Shown: piece after piece, positions 5,349-8,342 of the stretch | Layout of the letters: each line of letters begins with the position of its first letter | Position numbering within the stretch: position 1 is the first letter of the stretch | DNA from: Nostocaceae cyanobacterium | GTDB taxonomy: Bacteria; Cyanobacteriota; Cyanobacteriia; Cyanobacteriales; Nostocaceae | DNA length: 8,342 nt | Reading direction: 5' to 3' | Assembly: GCA_035298905.1 (NCBI GenBank) | Contig: DATGXQ010000622.1 | Coordinates: 1-8,342, forward strand | Translations under genes and position numbers: made by a program | The notes under the pieces: generated by a model | Told to the model about the DNA's origin: nothing | Database searches by the model: none | The model's input: the letters and a program-made list of their open reading frames with translations, nothing else

Positions 5349-5813
5349 ATGGAACCTTTAAGCGCTGGTGCAGTAGCCTTAGTTGGCTGGTTATTTGGTA
5401 AAATCATTGACTGGACAGCCGAAAAAGCCTTGGATGCTGGTGCATCAGGGGTATTACGGTTAATCAAAAGCAAGTTACCGACGGCTAAAGTAGCAAAGGT
5501 GGCTGCATTACCTCAAAGTGAGCGAGACGACATTTTAGAAGCTGAGTTAGTGCAAGAAGTGGAACAAGTAGCAGCAGAAAATCATGAACTGCGGACAGCT
5601 ATAGAAGCATTTGGCAATTATTTTCAGCAAGTGGCAGAAAAGAATCCTGAAATTAAAGAAAAGTTTGCGGCTTATGTGCAAAATTGCCAAGGTTTAATTA
5701 TTACAGGTGATAATAATACAATAGATAGTCCTACTATTATCCACGAAAATAAAGGAATCAATATTTCTGGTCGTGCCAAGATTGATAAACTAATTATTCA
5801 AAAAGATACTTGA
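5349..5813 (+). CDS. Hypothetical protein, likely the N-terminal (effector-like) module of the downstream NB-ARC/TPR protein: hydrophobic glycine-zipper helix, acidic helical region, two beta-strand pseudo-repeats
   Basis: The longest ORF starts at the ATG at 5328. The ATG at 5349 is preferred because of the GAGGTGGGG Shine-Dalgarno 5 nt upstream. The protein starts MEPLSAGAVALVGWLFGKIIDW. It ends at TGA 5811-5813, which is in the same frame as the following NB-ARC ORF. Confidence 0.6.
   Translation: MEPLSAGAVALVGWLFGKIIDWTAEKALDAGASGVLRLIKSKLPTAKVAKVAALPQSERDDILEAELVQEVEQVAAENHELRTAIEAFGNYFQQVAEKNPEIKEKFAAYVQNCQGLIITGDNNTIDSPTIIHENKGINISGRAKIDKLIIQKDT
5811..5813 (+). other. Single in-frame TGA (context TGA-C) separating two co-phased ORFs (5328-5810 and 5814-8339)
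   Basis: 5328, 5811 and 5916 all fall in the same codon phase. Codon-by-codon reading of 5814-5915 shows 34 sense codons and no ATG or GTG. Confidence 0.95.
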
Positions 5814-5915
5814 CTGGAGTCGTCTGGACGGGGTACGGACAAAGTTAAAACCCCAAATAATTTTAGTTTTCCTGGTACTCCTCACTTTGTCGGTCGAGAG
5901 AGAGAGTTAAACTTA

Positions 5916-8342
5916 TTGCATGAGAAATTACAGACACCTGGTGCTGTGGCTATTTCCGCAGTTGCGGGGATGGGTGGAGTCGGGAAAACTGAATTAGCAA
6001 TCAAATATATTAAACTGCATCAAGATAAATATCCCGGTGGTGTTTGTTGGTTTAATGCGCGAGAACAAAATTTAGCTGTGGAAGTCGTGCGCTTTGCTCA
6101 GTTATACATGAATTTGCAAGTCCCGCAGCAGAACTTCCGAGGAGAACAGTTAAGCTTAACGGAACAGGTGGCTTGGTGTTGGCAACATTGGCAACCAGCG
6201 CAAGGACTGGTATTAGTAATTTTAGATGATGTCACCGATTTAGAATTTTGTCGAGATTTGCTACCCCAAACAAACCGCTTTCGGGTGGTGATGACTACCA
6301 GATTACATCTTCATCCCGATGTTGAGGAAATACCTCTGGATGTGCTACCAGAGGACAAAGCATTAGAGTTATTGACACTTTTAGTCGGTGAGAAAGTGCA
6401 ACGGGAAGCGGAAACAGCGAAAGAGTTGTGTGCTTGGTTGGGATATTTACCCTTGGGTTTAGAGTTGGTGGGGCGGTATTTAGCCAAGAAACCCCGATGG
6501 ACTTTAGCGAAAATGTTAGAACGGCTCAAAGTTCAAAGTGTGGAAGATGAAGCGCTGAAACCGGAACTGTTCAAGACTTTGAGTACAGCCCAAAGGGGAG
6601 TTAAAGCGGCTTTTGAGTTAAGTTGGCTAGAACTTGCACCGATGACTCAGCGAGTAGGGGAATTGTTGAGTTTATTTGCTTTAAGTGTGTTTGCTTGGGA
6701 GTGGGTAGAAGCAGCGAGTAATTTACTGAGTTGGGCTGCTATTGATGTGGAAACAGCCAATGAGCAACTTTATGAGCGCCATTTAATTAATATTGGGGAT
6801 GAGATAGGAGAGTATTGGCAAATACATCCTTTGATTCGGGAGTTTTTGGGGTTGAAGTTGCGGGAAAGGGAACAAGCGCAGGAGGTGAAAACGGCTTTTG
6901 CTGCTGTGTTTGTGGAGATTGCTAAAACGATTCCTAAGTCAATCACTCAAGAGGTTGTTAAGTCGGTAGAAAAGGCGATTCCGCATTTAGCGAGAGTTGC
7001 AGACAATATAATTGATGCCGTTAGTGATGAGAATTTAGTTTGGCTTTTTTGGGGTTTAGGAATATTTTATGAAGGAAAAGGATTTTATACACTAGCAGAA
7101 CCTTGGCGTAAACAATGTGTATCAGTAGTAAAAAATCGCTTGGGAAAAGAGCATCCCGATGTTGCTACCAGTTATAACAATTTGGCAATGCTCTACTATT
7201 CTCAAGGTAAGTATACGGAAGCTGAACCACTTTATTTACAAGCCTTAAAACTGTTACAATCCCTACTTGGACAAAAACATCGTCATGTCGCCACCAGTTA
7301 CAACAATCTAGCATTACTTTACCAATCTCAAGGCAAATACAAAGAAGCAGAACCTCTTTTAATTAAAGCATTAGAAATAAGAAAACACCTGCTAGGACTA
7401 GAACATCCAGATGTTGCTACCAGTTATAACAATTTGGCAGCATTATACATATCTCAAGGCAAATACAAGGAAGCAGAACCTCTTTTAGTTAAAGCATTCA
7501 ATCTGTGGAAAAATCTACTAGGACAAGAACATCCTAATGTGGCCACCAGTTACAACAATCTAGCATTACTTTATAAATTTCAAGGCAAATACAAAGAAGC
7601 AGAACCTCTTTTAGTTAAAGCATTAAATCTGTGGGAAAATCTACTAGGACAAGAACATCCTAATGTAGCTACTGGTTATAACAATTTGGCATTACTCTAC
7701 AATTATCAAGGTAAATATGAGCAAGCAGAGCCACTTTTAATTCAAGCATTAAATCTGTGGGAAAATCTGCTAGGACAAGAACATCCCGATGTTGCCACTA
7801 GTTACAACAGTTTGGCATTACTCTATTTTTCTCAAGGCAAGTATACAGAAGCTGAAGAACTTTATATCAAAGCGTTGCAAATGAGAGAACGCTTGCTAGG
7901 ACAAGAACATCCCGATGTTGCTACCAATTATTACAACTTAGCAAGACTGTACAAATCTCAAGGTAAGTACACAGAAGCTGAAAAACTTTATATCAAAGCA
8001 TTGCAAATGAGAGAACGCTTGCTAGGACAAGAACATCCCGATGTTGCTACCAGTTACAACGATTTGGCAAAACTCTACTATTCTCAAGGTAAGTATACGA
8101 AAACTGAAGAACTTTATATCAAAGCATTGCAAATGAGAGAATGTCTGCTAGGGCAAGAACATTCCGATGTCGCTTCCAGTTACAATAATTTAGCATCACT
8201 CTACTACTCTCAAGGCAGGTACACGGAAGCTGAACCACTTTTTGTTAAAGCTTTAGAAATTGCTGAACGCAGTTTAGGGGTAAATCATCCCAATACAATT
8301 ATTATCCGTGACAATCTCCAACTGTTGCGCGAGATGTTGTAG
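5916..8342 (+). CDS. NB-ARC (STAND/NLR-like) NTPase fused to a TPR (TPR_10/12, kinesin-light-chain-like) array. The ORF-track start is a TTG, and homology continues upstream to 5814
   Basis: Motifs: Walker A GMGGVGKT (5967-5990), Walker B LVLVILDD (6207-6230), RVVMTTR, GLPL-type GYLPLGLE (6441-6464), MHD-like HPLIRE (6825-6842), then 42-aa TPR units from 7149. The conserved pre-P-loop motif FVGRERELNLL lies at 5886-5918, mostly upstream of the only candidate start. Stop TAG is at 8340-8342, the window end. Confidence 0.9.
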   Translation: MHEKLQTPGAVAISAVAGMGGVGKTELAIKYIKLHQDKYPGGVCWFNAREQNLAVEVVRFAQLYMNLQVPQQNFRGEQLSLTEQVAWCWQHWQPAQGLVLVILDDVTDLEFCRDLLPQTNRFRVVMTTRLHLHPDVEEIPLDVLPEDKALELLTLLVGEKVQREAETAKELCAWLGYLPLGLELVGRYLAKKPRWTLAKMLERLKVQSVEDEALKPELFKTLSTAQRGVKAAFELSWLELAPMTQRVGELLSLFALSVFAWEWVEAASNLLSWAAIDVETANEQLYERHLINIGDEIGEYWQIHPLIREFLGLKLREREQAQEVKTAFAAVFVEIAKTIPKSITQEVVKSVEKAIPHLARVADNIIDAVSDENLVWLFWGLGIFYEGKGFYTLAEPWRKQCVSVVKNRLGKEHPDVATSYNNLAMLYYSQGKYTEAEPLYLQALKLLQSLLGQKHRHVATSYNNLALLYQSQGKYKEAEPLLIKALEIRKHLLGLEHPDVATSYNNLAALYISQGKYKEAEPLLVKAFNLWKNLLGQEHPNVATSYNNLALLYKFQGKYKEAEPLLVKALNLWENLLGQEHPNVATGYNNLALLYNYQGKYEQAEPLLIQALNLWENLLGQEHPDVATSYNSLALLYFSQGKYTEAEELYIKALQMRERLLGQEHPDVATNYYNLARLYKSQGKYTEAEKLYIKALQMRERLLGQEHPDVATSYNDLAKLYYSQGKYTKTEELYIKALQMRECLLGQEHSDVASSYNNLASLYYSQGRYTEAEPLFVKALEIAERSLGVNHPNTIIIRDNLQLLREML
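7149..8339 (+). repeat. Coding tandem repeat: 9 complete 126-bp (42-aa) TPR units plus a terminal partial unit
   Basis: Units start at 7149, 7275, 7401, 7527, 7653, 7779, 7905, 8031, 8157 and 8283 (partial), each opening with (E/K/N)H(P/R/S)xV/T. A 52-nt stretch is identical between 7875-7926 and 8001-8052. Confidence 0.95.

Noticed and set aside
5273-5473. 66-aa minus-strand ORF overlapping the start of the N-terminal module
   Set aside because: It is antisense to an ORF that is in phase with the NB-ARC gene and has a good Shine-Dalgarno. The antisense ORF has no RBS and no motif.
5811-5813. TGA recoded as selenocysteine
   Set aside because: No convincing SECIS-like hairpin follows the codon. 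The best nearby stem is only about 4 bp (tcgt ctgg acgg). A Cys/Sec at a linker position has no functional rationale. A nonsense mutation or simple read-through is more parsimonious.
6311-6529. 72-aa minus-strand ORF inside the NB-ARC domain
   Set aside because: It is a shadow ORF opposite the region encoding the GLPL-type motif of a strongly supported CDS.
7149-8339. Regular 126-bp periodicity that could superficially suggest a CRISPR-like or satellite array
   Set aside because: The whole stretch is one uninterrupted reading frame encoding canonical 42-aa TPR units. There is no repeat/spacer alternation, and the variable parts are in-frame codon substitutions.

Overview
This is probably a segment of a filamentous (Nostocales-type) cyanobacterial chromosome. 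The evidence is about 40% GC, several tandem heptamer (STRR-type) arrays in intergenic spacers, two perfect HIP1 octamers (GCGATCGC at 2013-2020 and 3938-3945), and a Uma2/DUF820 gene.

Gene content from left to right:
- The 3' part of an AAA+ ATPase of the type found in contractile-injection-system (eCIS/Afp15-like) loci. It runs off the left edge.
- A DUF4255 (Afp16/Pvc16-like tail-terminator family) gene with an unusually long beta-rich C-terminal extension. This pair looks like the distal end of a phage-tail-like injection locus.
- A convergent membrane-anchored NlpC/P60 peptidase.
- An isocitrate-lyase/PEP-mutase superfamily enzyme.
- A Uma2-family PD-(D/E)XK nuclease.
- A bacterial NLR-like STAND locus. 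A 161-aa ORF (hydrophobic glycine-zipper N-terminus, helical region, two beta-strand pseudo-repeats) is followed by an NB-ARC NTPase fused to about 9.5 near-identical 42-aa TPR units.

The most notable observation is that these last two ORFs share one reading frame and are separated by a single TGA (5811-5813). NB-ARC-type homology (FVGRERE motif) continues upstream of any usable start codon. The locus is therefore one interrupted or read-through NLR of about 1004 codons, or a newly split effector/sensor pair.

All functional calls come from motif recognition by eye. No database search was possible.
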